Shown in pieces: positions 39,485-50,259 of a stretch of DNA of 64,000 nt. Made by a program: the position numbers and the translations under genes. The stretch comes from an uncultured Spirochaetota bacterium (GTDB lineage Bacteria; Spirochaetota; Spirochaetia; SZUA-6; Fen-1364): positions 1,152,001 through 1,216,000 of the forward strand of contig CAWGAA010000001.1 of NCBI GenBank assembly GCA_963820525.1, in the 5' to 3' direction. The notes under the pieces were generated by a model. That model had not been told where the DNA came from. It saw only the letters and a program-made list of their open reading frames with translations, and did no database searches. Within the stretch, counting starts at the first letter, position 1. The number at the start of each line of letters is the position of its first letter.

Positions 39485-41053
39485 CTACGCCCCGCGGCGG
39501 AAGCTTCGCATGAACAGCAGCGCCAGCCTGAAGGCGGACGCCAGGCGGCGTAGGGGGCCCCTGCCGTACAGCGCCGTGAGCGCACATTTCAGGCCCTCGT
39601 ACACGCGCCTGTCATGGGGATACCACCACATTTGACGGGGGAGCCGGTGAAGCCTGTCGCGGATGATGACGCGCGGTTGGGTCATTTCGAGGAACCCGAT
39701 CTCGCCGTGGCTCCTTCCTATTCCGGATGACTTGAAGCCTCCCCAGGGGGTCTCGGCCATGCCGTGGCTCATGAGGTGGTCGTTGATGGTGACGGTTCCG
39801 GCCTCGAGCCTCTCGGCGACGCGGCGCGCCCTGCGGGAATTGGCGCCCCACACGGACGCAGAAAGACCGTACTCGGACGCGTTTGCCTTGCGCACCGCCT
39901 CATCGTCGTCGCGCACCTTCTCGAGGGCGAGGACCGGGCCGAAAACCTCTTCCTTCATGACGAGCATCGAGTCGTTCACGTTCTCAAGCACGAGGGCGGC
40001 AGAGAAGAGGCCCCCGTCCCCGCCGAACGCCTCCGTGCGGCAGGAGACGACGGCGCCCTTGGAAACGGCGTCCTGCACGAAGCGATCCACCTTCCGCATC
40101 TGATCCGCCTGGGTGAGGGAGCCGACGTCGACATCGAAGGCCGCGTCGGGCCCGATGCGAAGCGAGCCGATCTGCCGGCTCAGGCTCTCCGTGAATCTGT
40201 CGTAGATGCCCGCCTCCACGTATATCCTTTCCACTCCCGCGCAGGATTGGCCGGCATTGGAAAGCCCGGCCCAGAGCGCTCCGGCGGCGGCGCGATCGGG
40301 GTTGGCGTCATCCAGCACGATCATGGCGTCGTTTCCGCCAAGCTCCAGCACCACGGGCGTCAGGGTGCCGGCCGCCTTCTCCATGAGCTTCTTTCCCACC
40401 GCCGTGGAGCCGGTGAAAAAGAGCTTGTTCACGCCCGCCTCCAGCATGGCGCTTCCCGCGACCGATCCCGGCAGATGGATAAGGGAAAAGAGGCCTTCCG
40501 GCAGGCCGGAGGCCTTCACAACTTCGGCGATCTGATCTCCGACAAGCTGGGTCTGCGTGGCCACCTTGAGGATGACGGCGTTTCCGGCAAGCAGGCCCAT
40601 GACAACCTCGTAGAAGGGAATCGAAAAGGGGTAGTTCCAGGGACTGATGATCCCGATGATCCCGAAGGGAACCCTCGTGACGTACGATACCTTGTTGAAG
40701 AAGAGGATGTTTCCCACCTCGATCCTGGAAGGCCGGTGCACGCGGGGGGAGATCCGCGCGTAGTAGGATGCCGCTATAGCGGCGGGAAGAACCTCGGTGG
40801 ACAAAGCGTCGATGCGGGTCTTTCCCGTGGACCGCGAGATCACCCCGGAAATCTCGTCAGCGTGGCCGGCGATATAGTCCCTCATGGCAAACACGTAGGA
40901 TACGCGACGCCGCACATCCAGGGCAGCCCAGGGGCCTTGAGCCTTTCGGGCCGCCGCGGCGGCGTCGGCAAGCTCCTCCCTGCTGTGCTCGCGTACGCAG
41001 CCGAGGGCCTCGCCCGTGGCGGGATTCTTCAGCACTGTTGTCTGGGTTTTCAC
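39485..41053 (-). CDS. Aldehyde dehydrogenase
   Basis: ISPWNYP, FTGST, LELGG, NAGQSC, EEVFGP; GTG start with AGGAGG. Confidence 0.92.
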   Translation of the reverse strand: MKTQTTVLKNPATGEALGCVREHSREELADAAAAARKAQGPWAALDVRRRVSYVFAMRDYIAGHADEISGVISRSTGKTRIDALSTEVLPAAIAASYYARISPRVHRPSRIEVGNILFFNKVSYVTRVPFGIIGIISPWNYPFSIPFYEVVMGLLAGNAVILKVATQTQLVGDQIAEVVKASGLPEGLFSLIHLPGSVAGSAMLEAGVNKLFFTGSTAVGKKLMEKAAGTLTPVVLELGGNDAMIVLDDANPDRAAAGALWAGLSNAGQSCAGVERIYVEAGIYDRFTESLSRQIGSLRIGPDAAFDVDVGSLTQADQMRKVDRFVQDAVSKGAVVSCRTEAFGGDGGLFSAALVLENVNDSMLVMKEEVFGPVLALEKVRDDDEAVRKANASEYGLSASVWGANSRRARRVAERLEAGTVTINDHLMSHGMAETPWGGFKSSGIGRSHGEIGFLEMTQPRVIIRDRLHRLPRQMWWYPHDRRVYEGLKCALTALYGRGPLRRLASAFRLALLFMRSFRRGA

Positions 41054-41180
41054 GGTTTCCTCCTCGCCCCGTCGCGGCCGGTCCAGGACTCCATGCTGCG
41101 GTTGATCTTCAGGAAGCGCACGATCCCATTGAATATATAATCCGGGAATATTCCGCGGAAAAGCGAGGGCCCCGCCCACG
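41050..41180 (-). pseudogene. C-terminal remnant of an upstream gene, probably a short-chain dehydrogenase
   Basis: LFRGIFPDYIFNGIVRFLKINRSMESWTGR; its TGA overlaps the ALDH GTG (GTGA). Confidence 0.5.
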
Positions 41181-41337
41181 CCCAGGGTGCCGGCCGCGGG
41201 AGCGGTGTCGGCCCCCGACGGCCCTCGACTTCCAATTCTTTCGCCAGTATACCCGAAGCCTTTCCTCCGATCCAGCGAAAGCTGAAGGCCCGCCGGCTTG
41301 ACCCCGAGTCGATGAGGAGGCGATATTCGAAGCTGAG

Positions 41338-41724
41338 ATGGAAAAGCGCTTCAACCCGCTGACCCCGGAAGAGGAGAGGGTCATCGTGAGGAAGGGTACC
41401 GAGCGGCCCTTCTCGGGGGAGTTCGAAAGCTTCGACCAGCCCGGCACCTACGCATGCAAGCGCTGCGATGCCCCCCTCTACCGCTCCAGGGACAAATTCG
41501 ACGCCCGCTGCGGCTGGCCGAGCTTCGACGAAGAGCTCCCCGGGGCCGTAAAGCGATTGCCGGATGCCGACGGCATGCGCACCGAGATCCAGTGCGCCTC
41601 GTGCGGCGCCCACCTCGGCCATGTTTTCCTCGGCGAAGGGTTCACGGCGAAGAACACGCGCCACTGCGTGAACTCGATCTCGCTCAAGTTCATTCCCGCC
41701 GCAGAAGATCCGCGCTCGCCGTAG
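41338..41724 (+). CDS. msrB: Methionine-R-sulfoxide reductase
   Basis: GTERPF, CKRC, CGWPSF, CASC, HLGHVF, RHCVNS. Confidence 0.95.
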   Translation: MEKRFNPLTPEEERVIVRKGTERPFSGEFESFDQPGTYACKRCDAPLYRSRDKFDARCGWPSFDEELPGAVKRLPDADGMRTEIQCASCGAHLGHVFLGEGFTAKNTRHCVNSISLKFIPAAEDPRSP

Positions 41725-41951
41725 CCCCGCCGACTCGTGATCCCGCGGAACGCCTACGCTCCAGCGGCCGCCCCGCCCGAGGCGTGAAGGGTTTTCCGGG
41801 CGCCCGGCGTCCAAACTACCGTCAAAGAGAACGGGGCTGGCCACAACAGCGGCATGGATGCCGCCCTCCTGGGTTTGACAGCCGCCTGCCCCCGTGATAG
41901 TGCTTGAAGCACGCAAGCGGCAATGGGCCGGGAAGGGACAGCCCTGAAACG

Positions 41952-42488
41952 ATGACGGATGAGGAGATCGTCGGCCATGTTCAAAGCGGCGATACCCGGT
42001 CGTTTACCGATCTGGTCGAGCGGCACCAGGATGCGGTGTTCGGCATGGCTTTGCGCTTCACCCGTTGTCGAACGGATGCCGAGGACATGGCCCAGGAGGC
42101 GTTCCTCAAGGCCTTCCGCAGCCTCCCGGGGTTCAGGGGGGAGGCGAAGTTCTCCACCTGGCTGTACCGCATCACGTACAATCTCTGCGTCGACTGGCTG
42201 CGCAGGAAGAAACGGCCCGGCGGGGCTTCCCCGGCGGAGGATCCGGGAGACGCGGCGGACCGCCGGGTGGACCTCGAGGGAGGCCTCATCCTGGCCGACG
42301 AGCGCGAGCGGGTGCGGCGCGCCGTGGAGGAGCTGGAGGAGAAATATCGCGGCGTCGTGGTTCTGCTCTACTACCAGAAGATGTCCTACGAGCAGATCGG
42401 CGCTGTGCTGGGCCTGCCCGTGAAGACGGTGGAGACGCGGCTCTACAGGGCCCGGCGGATGCTGCGGGAAAAGCTGGAGCAGACCTGA
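41952..42488 (+). CDS. ECF RNA polymerase sigma factor
   Basis: DAEDMAQEAF, FSTWLYRI, SYEQIG..TVETRLYRAR; start uncertain (41904 TTG is an alternative). Confidence 0.9.
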   Translation: MTDEEIVGHVQSGDTRSFTDLVERHQDAVFGMALRFTRCRTDAEDMAQEAFLKAFRSLPGFRGEAKFSTWLYRITYNLCVDWLRRKKRPGGASPAEDPGDAADRRVDLEGGLILADERERVRRAVEELEEKYRGVVVLLYYQKMSYEQIGAVLGLPVKTVETRLYRARRMLREKLEQT

Positions 42489-42504
42489 TGGGGAGGCGAC
42501 GGCG

Positions 42505-43068
42505 ATGAGGTGCGGCGGCGTTGGCGGCTTGATCGACAGGTACGTGGACGGGAGGCTCGACCAGAGGGCATCCAGGGCCGTGGAGAGGCACCTCGCTTCC
42601 TGCGCGCGCTGCGCCCGCCGGGCCGAAGCCGCGCGGGCGCTTTCGGCGTCCCTGGCCCAAGAGACCGCGATCCGGGCGCCCGCGAGCCTTGCTGAAAGAA
42701 TCATGAACTCCGTCTACCGGGAGGCGCTTCGCGGCCGCCCGGCGGCCGAGGTCGGGGCGGAGCGGGCGGTGTCCGCGATCTCGCCGGCGGGCGCGGCGTC
42801 CCGCGGGCGATCCCTGGTGCCCGCGGCATCCTACCGGAGGCTGGGCTTGAGCTTCCTTGCCGCGGCCGCGATCCTCGCGGCCAGCCTCTTCGTGCCTTCA
42901 ATGGCCTACTCGCGCCTGATCAGGACCGAGAAGGTCGCGGTGGATCTTGCGCCGGGCAGAGCGTCGATCGTCAAGAACGTGCTGGATGGGGCTGGCATCG
43001 CGGCGCGCGGAGCGCTCCACCCGGCATCGGGCCGGATGTCCGAGACGAATGGAGGGATGTCGAGATGA
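42505..43068 (+). CDS. Zinc-binding anti-sigma factor (zf-HC2) with TM
   Basis: HLASCARC motif and a single TM. Confidence 0.85.
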   Translation: MRCGGVGGLIDRYVDGRLDQRASRAVERHLASCARCARRAEAARALSASLAQETAIRAPASLAERIMNSVYREALRGRPAAEVGAERAVSAISPAGAASRGRSLVPAASYRRLGLSFLAAAAILAASLFVPSMAYSRLIRTEKVAVDLAPGRASIVKNVLDGAGIAARGALHPASGRMSETNGGMSR

Positions 43069-43721
43069 TGTGCGTAAACCATGGCTCCCGCGAATCGGTG
43101 GCTTCCTGCGAGCGGTGCGGCAGGCCGCTCTGCGCCGAATGCGCAGTATCCATCGATGCCTCGGCGTGGTGTCGGGAGTGCCTCCAGAAGGCAGTGAAGA
43201 GGGACCGCGAGCACCGCGCACGACGGCGGTGGAGGAAGCCGGTGGCGGCGCTCCTGAGCATCGTACCCGGCGCCGGGCACATGTTCCTGGGGCAGATCGG
43301 CAAGGGATTCGCCCTCATGGGCCTGCTTTTCGCCGCGGTGTTCCTCGTCATCGTCTACTCGGATTCAACGGGCATGTACTGGATGATCGCCTACCTCGTC
43401 CCGGCCCTGAGCGTCCTGTTCCTCTGCTACGCCGTTTTCGATTCGATGTCGATCGCGGACGGATCCGAGGCGGGGCCCTCGACCGCGGGTGACGATACCC
43501 TGAAAAGGATCTGGGAGCGGGTGCTCATAGGCCGCCGAACCATCGGCTGGGTGGTGCTGGTGGCCGGGGTCGTGGGCATCCTCAATATCTTCTCAAGCCC
43601 CCTTGCCCAGCTCACCCGCGTATACCTGTCCATGGAAATACCCTTCGCCGGGCTGGTGCTTCCCGTAGTTCTCCTGGTCATCGGCGTGGTCCTCGTCGCA
43701 AAGGGCAGAAAGACGGGCTGA
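43065..43721 (+). CDS. B-box-like zinc finger membrane protein
   Basis: CVNH..CERC..CAEC..CREC; LSIVPGAGHMFLG; about 5 TM. Confidence 0.8.
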   Translation: MMCVNHGSRESVASCERCGRPLCAECAVSIDASAWCRECLQKAVKRDREHRARRRWRKPVAALLSIVPGAGHMFLGQIGKGFALMGLLFAAVFLVIVYSDSTGMYWMIAYLVPALSVLFLCYAVFDSMSIADGSEAGPSTAGDDTLKRIWERVLIGRRTIGWVVLVAGVVGILNIFSSPLAQLTRVYLSMEIPFAGLVLPVVLLVIGVVLVAKGRKTG

Positions 43722-43822
43722 AAAGGGACCGCGCCGGCTCCCTGGGCGGCACGCCGGCCCGGTCAAGTGCGCTTTGGTCAAGGCTTGACTTGCAGGCGGC
43801 GCCGCTGTACCAAGAAGATCCA

Positions 43823-45400
43823 ATGCAATACAAGGAATGGCCCTACATCGAGGCCGAGCGGATCCTCGAGCGCCAAAAGAGGCTGGGCAGGAAGAGCGTG
43901 ACGGCGGAGACGGGCTACGGCCCCTCGGGGCTTCCCCACATCGGGACGTTCGGCGAGGTGGCGCGCACCTCCTTCGTCCTTCAGGCTTTGAACCGGCTCG
44001 CGCCGGAGGTCGAGTCGAAGATCATCGCATTCTCCGACGACATGGATGGACTGCGCGAGGTCCCGCAGAACATCCCCAACAGGGAAATGGTGAAGCCGCA
44101 CCTGGGAAAGCCCCTCACCTCGGTGCCGGATCCCTTCGGAGAGGAGCCCTCCTATGCCCACTACATGAACAAGAAGCTGTGCGAGTTTCTCGACTCCTTC
44201 GGCTTTCGCTACAGCTTCGCCTCCTCCACGCAGATCTACCGCTCCGGCGCGTTCAACGACGGCCTCAAGCGCGTCATGGACAACTACCAGGCCATCAAGG
44301 ACATGTTCACCGCCACGATCGCGGAGGAAAAGCGGGAGGCGTGGAGCCCCTTCTTCCCCGTATGCGAGAGCTGCGGCAGGATCTATTCCACCCGCGTCAC
44401 TTCCTTCGACCCCACGGCGTACACGGTGAGCTACCTTTGCGACGCCCCGGCGGCCGGCAAATACGAGGCGTGCGGACATTCGGCAACCGCCAGCATCTTC
44501 GACGGCAGCGTGAAGGTGGGCTGGAAGGTGGACTGGGCGCTGCGCTGGTTCTCCCTCGCGGTGGACTACGAGATGCACGGGGAAGACCTGTTGGAGTCCT
44601 CGCGGCTGTCCAGCCGGATGGTGAAGGTTCTGGGCGGGGAGCCGCCGGAGCTTTTCAAGTACGAGCTTTTCCTGGACGAGAAGGGCAAGAAGATCTCCAA
44701 GAAGCTGGGAAACGGGGTCTCCATCGAGCAGTGGCTGCGCTACGCGCCGGTGGACTCCCTCCTGTACTTCATGTACCTCAAGCCCCAGCAGGCAAAGAAG
44801 ATGGGCCTTCCCCTCCTGCCCGAGATCATCGACCAGTACCTGGATCTGGTGGAGAAGTACGACGGGGCCGAGGACTCACCCGTGCCTTTCATCTCGCGCC
44901 TCTCGCGCGGCCCTCACGCGGACAAGATAAAAAGCGGCAAGATCGTGACCTTTACCATGATCTTCGAGCTCGTCATGGCGGTCAACGAGACGGATCCGGG
45001 GATCGTGCGCGATTACCTGATCCGCTACTCCCCCGAGGTGAAGGGGAACGTCGGCTATTACGACCAGCTCATCGATGACGCCCTGGCGTACTACCGCGAG
45101 GTCTACCTCCCGCACAGGACCGTGGAGGAGCCGGGCCACGATCAGGACGAGGCCCTCCAGGCCCTCGTTGCCGATCTGAAAAAGCGGGCCGGCTCCGGCG
45201 CCGAGGCGAACCCCGACGAGCTTCAGACCCTGGTGTTCCAGGTGTCCAAGGACAGGGGCGTCGGCGCCAAGGACTGGTTTCGCACCCTGTACCGCGTGTT
45301 CCTGGGCCAATCCTCCGGCCCGCGGATCGGAACCTTCATAGCGCTTTTGGGGATCGAAAAGACGATAGAGCGCCTTGAAGCCCATTTGAAAAAGACATAG
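43823..45400 (+). CDS. lysS: Lysine--tRNA ligase, class I
   Basis: TGYGPSGLPHIGTFGE, WKVDWALRW, KISKKLGN, GPRIGTFI. Confidence 0.95.
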   Translation: MQYKEWPYIEAERILERQKRLGRKSVTAETGYGPSGLPHIGTFGEVARTSFVLQALNRLAPEVESKIIAFSDDMDGLREVPQNIPNREMVKPHLGKPLTSVPDPFGEEPSYAHYMNKKLCEFLDSFGFRYSFASSTQIYRSGAFNDGLKRVMDNYQAIKDMFTATIAEEKREAWSPFFPVCESCGRIYSTRVTSFDPTAYTVSYLCDAPAAGKYEACGHSATASIFDGSVKVGWKVDWALRWFSLAVDYEMHGEDLLESSRLSSRMVKVLGGEPPELFKYELFLDEKGKKISKKLGNGVSIEQWLRYAPVDSLLYFMYLKPQQAKKMGLPLLPEIIDQYLDLVEKYDGAEDSPVPFISRLSRGPHADKIKSGKIVTFTMIFELVMAVNETDPGIVRDYLIRYSPEVKGNVGYYDQLIDDALAYYREVYLPHRTVEEPGHDQDEALQALVADLKKRAGSGAEANPDELQTLVFQVSKDRGVGAKDWFRTLYRVFLGQSSGPRIGTFIALLGIEKTIERLEAHLKKT

Positions 45401-45411
45401 GGGGCGCGAGG

Positions 45412-46038
45412 ATGTTCGAGGTCCTCTGTTTCGGTGATTCCAACACCTGGGGATGCTCGCCCCAGACGGGCGAGAGGTTTCCCCGCGACGTGCGCTGGAC
45501 CGGGGTGCTCCAGGCCGCCCTCGGGGGCGGCTACTTCGTCATCGAGGAAGGCCAGGGAGGCAGAACAACCGTCTGGGATGATCCCGTGGAAAGGTACAAG
45601 AATGGGCGGGCATACCTCATCCCGTGCCTGGAGTCGCACAAGCCCCTCGACCTGGTGATCCTGATGCTGGGCACAAATGATCTGAAGAAACGTTTTTCCC
45701 TGCCCGCCTCGGATATCGCCCTCTGCGTGGGGGGGCTCCTGGACGTCATCCTGGCAAGCGGATCGGGCCGCGGCGGAGCGGCCCCCAAGATGCTCCTCCT
45801 TGCCCCGCCTCCCCTGGCGCGGCTCACCTTCTTCGCCGAGATGTTCCAGGACGGGACTGAAAAATCCCGCCTGCTCGGCGAACGCTACGGCGAGGCTGCC
45901 CGGGAGCGTGGATGCGCGTTCCTCGACACCTCCACGGTCATCCGCTCCAGCGAGGCGGACGGGATCCATTTCGACGCGGAAGAGCACAAGAAGCTCGGCC
46001 GGGCCGTGGCGAAGATCGTACGCGAGATTTGCCCCTGA
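45412..46038 (+). CDS. SGNH/GDSL hydrolase
   Basis: FGDSNTWG, GGRTT, LGTND, DGIH. Confidence 0.92.
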   Translation: MFEVLCFGDSNTWGCSPQTGERFPRDVRWTGVLQAALGGGYFVIEEGQGGRTTVWDDPVERYKNGRAYLIPCLESHKPLDLVILMLGTNDLKKRFSLPASDIALCVGGLLDVILASGSGRGGAAPKMLLLAPPPLARLTFFAEMFQDGTEKSRLLGERYGEAARERGCAFLDTSTVIRSSEADGIHFDAEEHKKLGRAVAKIVREICP

Positions 46039-46090
46039 CGGGCTGCCGCCGCTACCTTTATTCTCATCCGGACGCATGGAGGAGGTTCCT

Positions 46091-46462
46091 ATGCCTCGCG
46101 TCATTCACTTCGAGATTCCCGCGGACAACCCTTCACGGGCCGTCGAGTTCTACAAGAAAGTCTTTGGCTGGGAAATAAACAAGTGGGAAGGCCCCATGGA
46201 GTACCACCCCGCCGTCACGGGCAAGAAGGAGACTCCGGGCATCGACGGGGCGATCATGGGCAAGGACGGCACGGCGAAGTCGACCGTCAATACAATCGAC
46301 GTTCCGAACTTCGACGAGTTCGTGTCCAAGGTGAAATATTACGGGGGAACACAGGTAACGGATAAAACCGAGATCCCCGGAGTCGGCACCTTCTGTTACT
46401 GCAAGGACACCGAGGGCAATCTCTTCGGAATCCTGCAGCCGAACATGAACCCCATGTCCTGA
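46091..46462 (+). CDS. VOC/glyoxalase family protein
   Basis: VIHFEI, FYKKVFGW, DTEGNLFG; GGAGG RBS. Confidence 0.9.
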   Translation: MPRVIHFEIPADNPSRAVEFYKKVFGWEINKWEGPMEYHPAVTGKKETPGIDGAIMGKDGTAKSTVNTIDVPNFDEFVSKVKYYGGTQVTDKTEIPGVGTFCYCKDTEGNLFGILQPNMNPMS

Positions 46463-46575
46463 AAGCGCGGCCGCGCGACATTCCGATCCTCCCCTTCAAA
46501 CCCCAACCGTTGGCACAGGGGGCAAGCGGGTGTAGAATGCCTCCGGCCCGGCTCGGCAGGGGAGGTGCGTCTGAA

Positions 46576-48048
46576 ATGGGGTTTTTCGCCAGGATACGGT
46601 CAACGCTCTCGCATCCCGTCTTCCCTGATGAAGAGCGCACGAGCGTGGCGCGTCTTCTCAACTTCATCGCCCTCTCGGCCCTGGCGCTCATGGTGCCGAG
46701 CGCGGTCTCCACGTGGATAGCGACACCGAGCGCCATCTTCTTCATCCCGCTGGGAGGGTTTGCCCTCGTCAATGGCGCAATCCTGCTCCTGATCCGCCGC
46801 GGCTTCACCCGACCCGCAAGCGTTCTCTTCGTCGTGGCGGGCTGTCTTTTGGCGGCCTTCTTCACCTTGTTTTTCGGGGGCTTGTCCAGCCCCGGCTACA
46901 CCTCTTTCATCGTCGAAATCCTCATAGCGGGATTGCTCCTGGGAGTGCGCGCCGGGATCGCCGTCGCCGTGGCGAGCTCGCTGTTCGGAGCTGCCATCAT
47001 CACCGCATCGGTCAACGGCATGCTTCCGTCCATCCCGGCGAGCCCCATATTCGCCATAATTACCCTGGTAAGCGACGCTCTCATTTTCATCGGGGCGCTG
47101 GTTGTGCTGCACCTGGCCGTGCGGAGCATCCAGGAGTCGCTCCAGCGCAGCCGGCTTCAGGAGAGCGCCTTGCGGGAGGCAAACAGGGAGCTCCAATCCC
47201 TGCGGGATTCGCTGGAGGAGAGGGTGCGGCAGCGCACGCGGTCCCTGGAGGAGAGCAATGCGCGCCTGGACGGCGCGTACCATCAGCTCAAGGAAAACCA
47301 GGAGAGGCTCCTCGTGTCTGAAAAGATGGCCTCGCTGGGGCGTCTCACCGCCGGAATCGCCCACGAGATAAACACGCCCCTGGCCGCCGTGCGCGCGGCG
47401 CTGTTCCAGCTGGATACGCTGGCCGAAGAATACCAGGGCTCGATCGGAAAGGCCGAGATCACCGAAAAGGAGCACAGGGAGATCGCCGTCGAGATGCGCC
47501 AGTCGATTCTCCGGGCGAATACCGCCGCGGAGCGCGCGGCAAGCTTCGTGCGCAGCATCAAGAACCGGACCCGGGTAATGGCGGACGAGGAGAATATCCG
47601 CTTCAATGCCGTTCCCGTCATCCAGGAGGCGCTCCTCCTGCTGAGCCATGCCATGCTCAGATCGGGCTGCACGGCACGATTCCACCCCGCGGCGAGCTTC
47701 ATCGAGGTGAACGGCTCGCCCGCCAGGCTTTCCCAGGCCGTCGCCAACCTCGTGACGAACTCCATCGACGCCTGCGCGTCCAAGGGAGGGGGAGAGATCA
47801 CGCTCACCATGGCCCGGCGCGACAGGGGGGTGAGGCTGGAGATCCGCGACACGGGAATCGGCATCGCGCCGGAAAACCTCTCCCGGATCTTCGATCCCCT
47901 GTTCACCACCAAGCCGTTCGGCCAGGGGACGGGCCTCGGGCTTACCATCGTGCATCAGATCGTTGTGGGCGAGTTCGGAGGGACGATCGAGCCCGCAACG
48001 CAGCCGGGCGGCGGAACGCTCTTCACCATCACCCTGCCCGGCGCGTAG
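46576..48048 (+). CDS. Membrane sensor histidine kinase
   Basis: About 6 TM, coiled coil, AGIAHEINTP, FTTKPFGQGTGLGL; promoter TTGGCA-17-TAGAAT at 46510-46538. Confidence 0.9.
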   Translation: MGFFARIRSTLSHPVFPDEERTSVARLLNFIALSALALMVPSAVSTWIATPSAIFFIPLGGFALVNGAILLLIRRGFTRPASVLFVVAGCLLAAFFTLFFGGLSSPGYTSFIVEILIAGLLLGVRAGIAVAVASSLFGAAIITASVNGMLPSIPASPIFAIITLVSDALIFIGALVVLHLAVRSIQESLQRSRLQESALREANRELQSLRDSLEERVRQRTRSLEESNARLDGAYHQLKENQERLLVSEKMASLGRLTAGIAHEINTPLAAVRAALFQLDTLAEEYQGSIGKAEITEKEHREIAVEMRQSILRANTAAERAASFVRSIKNRTRVMADEENIRFNAVPVIQEALLLLSHAMLRSGCTARFHPAASFIEVNGSPARLSQAVANLVTNSIDACASKGGGEITLTMARRDRGVRLEIRDTGIGIAPENLSRIFDPLFTTKPFGQGTGLGLTIVHQIVVGEFGGTIEPATQPGGGTLFTITLPGA

Positions 48049-48053
48049 AGCTT

Positions 48054-49070
48054 TTACATCCCCGACATGCTCTGGAGGTCAGACTTGCGGACCCATCCGA
48101 ACACCCGGAAGTTGCCCCAGACCATGACCTCGGCCCACCCGTTTTCCTCATCGAGCGGCCGTAGGAACGTCCCCAGGGCCAGCCGGCCGGCCACCCGTTC
48201 GTCGTCTCCGGGAGCGTAGCGCAGGGCCGCCTGGTCCCGAGCCACCATCACGGGAGAATACAGCCGGGCGACGAAAGACTGCGGCTGAAGCGCCGCGGAT
48301 TGTCCGAGGAACTGAAGGACCCCCGCGCTGATCCCGAGCGCCGCGCTCTCGGGATTGCCCGCCAGCACGCTGCGATCCGCCGCCGAGGTGATGTAGCCCA
48401 TCTCCACGATGATGGCCGGGGTCGATGGAGAGATGGCGTGATCGTAGCGGTACCAGCTGAAGGCGTAGTATCCCCTCATGAATGCGGTGACGCCGTATCG
48501 ATCCTCGGGCAGGCCGGTCAGGAGCTGATAAGACTGCGCGACATCGAAGCGGAGCATGCGGGAAGCGTCGGAGGACCTCCACGGCGCGGCGATTTTCCAC
48601 CCCCGCTCCAGGCGGCTCCCCCCGTCGGCGTGGATGGCGACGAACGCGTCAGCCTGGTAGCCGGCGGGAACGCTCGCCGGAAGCAGGTCCACGGCGACGC
48701 CGGCCCGCGTGAGATCCGCGGCGACAATCCGCGCCACGGCGAGGTTGACATCGACCTCCTTGAGGCTTCCTGCCACGGCCCCGGTGCTGTCATGGAGGTG
48801 CTCCTGCTCGGGGGGAAGCTCGTCGATCTTCCAGTGGCCGGCCTGGATCCCGACCCGCCAGGGCGAGGTGGGGGCGCGAAAGGGGATCAAAGGCGGAGGC
48901 GCAGCGAACCGCGGCCGGCCTTCGGAAAGCCCGGCGGCCGCGCGGGAAAAGGCATACACGTCGAAAAGCGAGCGCGCTATGCCGGGGCCGCCATCCGGAG
49001 AGGCGGAAAGAAGGACCGCCGCGGCCGCGGCAAGCAGGCCCAGGAGAGTCAACCGAATCCAGGTCCGCAT
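48054..49070 (-). CDS. N-acetylmuramoyl-L-alanine amidase (Amidase_3) with SH3-like tail
   Basis: Signal peptide; IQAGH, EVDVN, AIHAD, VEMGY; GWAEV..GWV. Confidence 0.85.
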   Translation of the reverse strand: MRTWIRLTLLGLLAAAAAVLLSASPDGGPGIARSLFDVYAFSRAAAGLSEGRPRFAAPPPLIPFRAPTSPWRVGIQAGHWKIDELPPEQEHLHDSTGAVAGSLKEVDVNLAVARIVAADLTRAGVAVDLLPASVPAGYQADAFVAIHADGGSRLERGWKIAAPWRSSDASRMLRFDVAQSYQLLTGLPEDRYGVTAFMRGYYAFSWYRYDHAISPSTPAIIVEMGYITSAADRSVLAGNPESAALGISAGVLQFLGQSAALQPQSFVARLYSPVMVARDQAALRYAPGDDERVAGRLALGTFLRPLDEENGWAEVMVWGNFRVFGWVRKSDLQSMSGM

Positions 49071-49098
49071 TCTTCAGATAATAACCTTTAAGACCGCT

Positions 49099-50066
49099 TC
49101 AGCGGTAGAAGTTCCTCTCCCACCTGTGCCCGCGAAGCCGCTCCACCAGCGCGGCGCTCAGGAGGCGGCCGTCTGAAACCCTGCAATTCGCCTCCACGCT
49201 GGTCACGCTGCGCATCCCCGGTATCACCGTGGATACGGCGGGATCGTGCAGGCAGAAGCGCAGGGCAAGCTCGGCCAGGCTCTTCGCCTCGCCGTCGAGA
49301 AGGGCCTTGAGCTTCTGCGTCCGCTCGAAGACCTGGCTCTTCCTGTCTCCCCGGAAGTAGCTGTTTCGAAAGTCGCCGTCGGGAAAGCTCGTCTCCGGCG
49401 TGATGGTCCCCGCGAGCGAGCCCTCATCGAGGGGAACCCGAACGATGATGCCGATTTTCTTTTCCCTGCAGAGGGGAAGAGCCTGTCCTCGGGGCTCTGA
49501 TCGAATATGTTGTAGATGACCTGGCAGCTGTCCACCAGGCCCTTGGAGCAGACCTCCAGGGCGCTGTCGGGCTGGTGGTCGTTGAGGGACAGCCCGAAGA
49601 AGCGGATCTTTCCCTGCTCCTTCAACGCGGACACCGCGTCCCGCCATTCGTTTTCTCCCGCCCACTCGTCGGACCAGACGTGGAACTGCTGCACGTCGAT
49701 GGTGTCGAGCCCGAGGTTGCGAAGGCTTCTCTCCGTGCACTCCACGATGTGCGCGAAGGGAAAGGCGTCGCGCAGGGGCGTTCCCGGCCGCGCGGGCCAG
49801 ACGCGGTTCTTGGGCGGAATCTTGGAAGCGACGATGAGGCGCTCCGTTCGCTTCTTCACCACCCCGCCCACCAGCGATTCCGAATGCCCATCGCCGTAGA
49901 CGAGTGCCGTGTCGATGAAGTTCAAGCCGAGGTCTATCGCGCGATTGAGCGCCTTGATCGACTCCTCGTCTTTGGCGCCCAGCCACATGGAACCCCCGAT
50001 ACCCCAGGCGCCGTAGCCGATCTCCGATACCTCGAAACCCGTCTTTCCGAGACTTCGATACCGCAT
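49099..50066 (-). pseudogene. Aldo/keto reductase, frameshifted at G4 (49473-49476)
   Basis: [23 protein letters not shown], then in another frame [21 protein letters not shown]. Confidence 0.85.
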
Positions 50067-50259
50067 TGCATCGTCTCCTTCTCGCTTTTCTCCTTCTAAT
50101 GTACTGACAAATCGGGGGATGGGCCCCGGGAGAAACGCCTTCGCATCCTTCGCGGGGGGCTCGAGGTCCCATCATCCCTGGGGACCCGGATGGGTATACC
50201 CGTCCCGGCATTCGCGGTAGAATGCTCGCGTTTCCCTGATTGGGCGGGAGGCTCTTGTC

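Noticed and set aside
50188..50205. Near-palindrome GGATGGGTATACCCGTCC between divergent genes
   Set aside because: Single GC-rich copy with no supporting context
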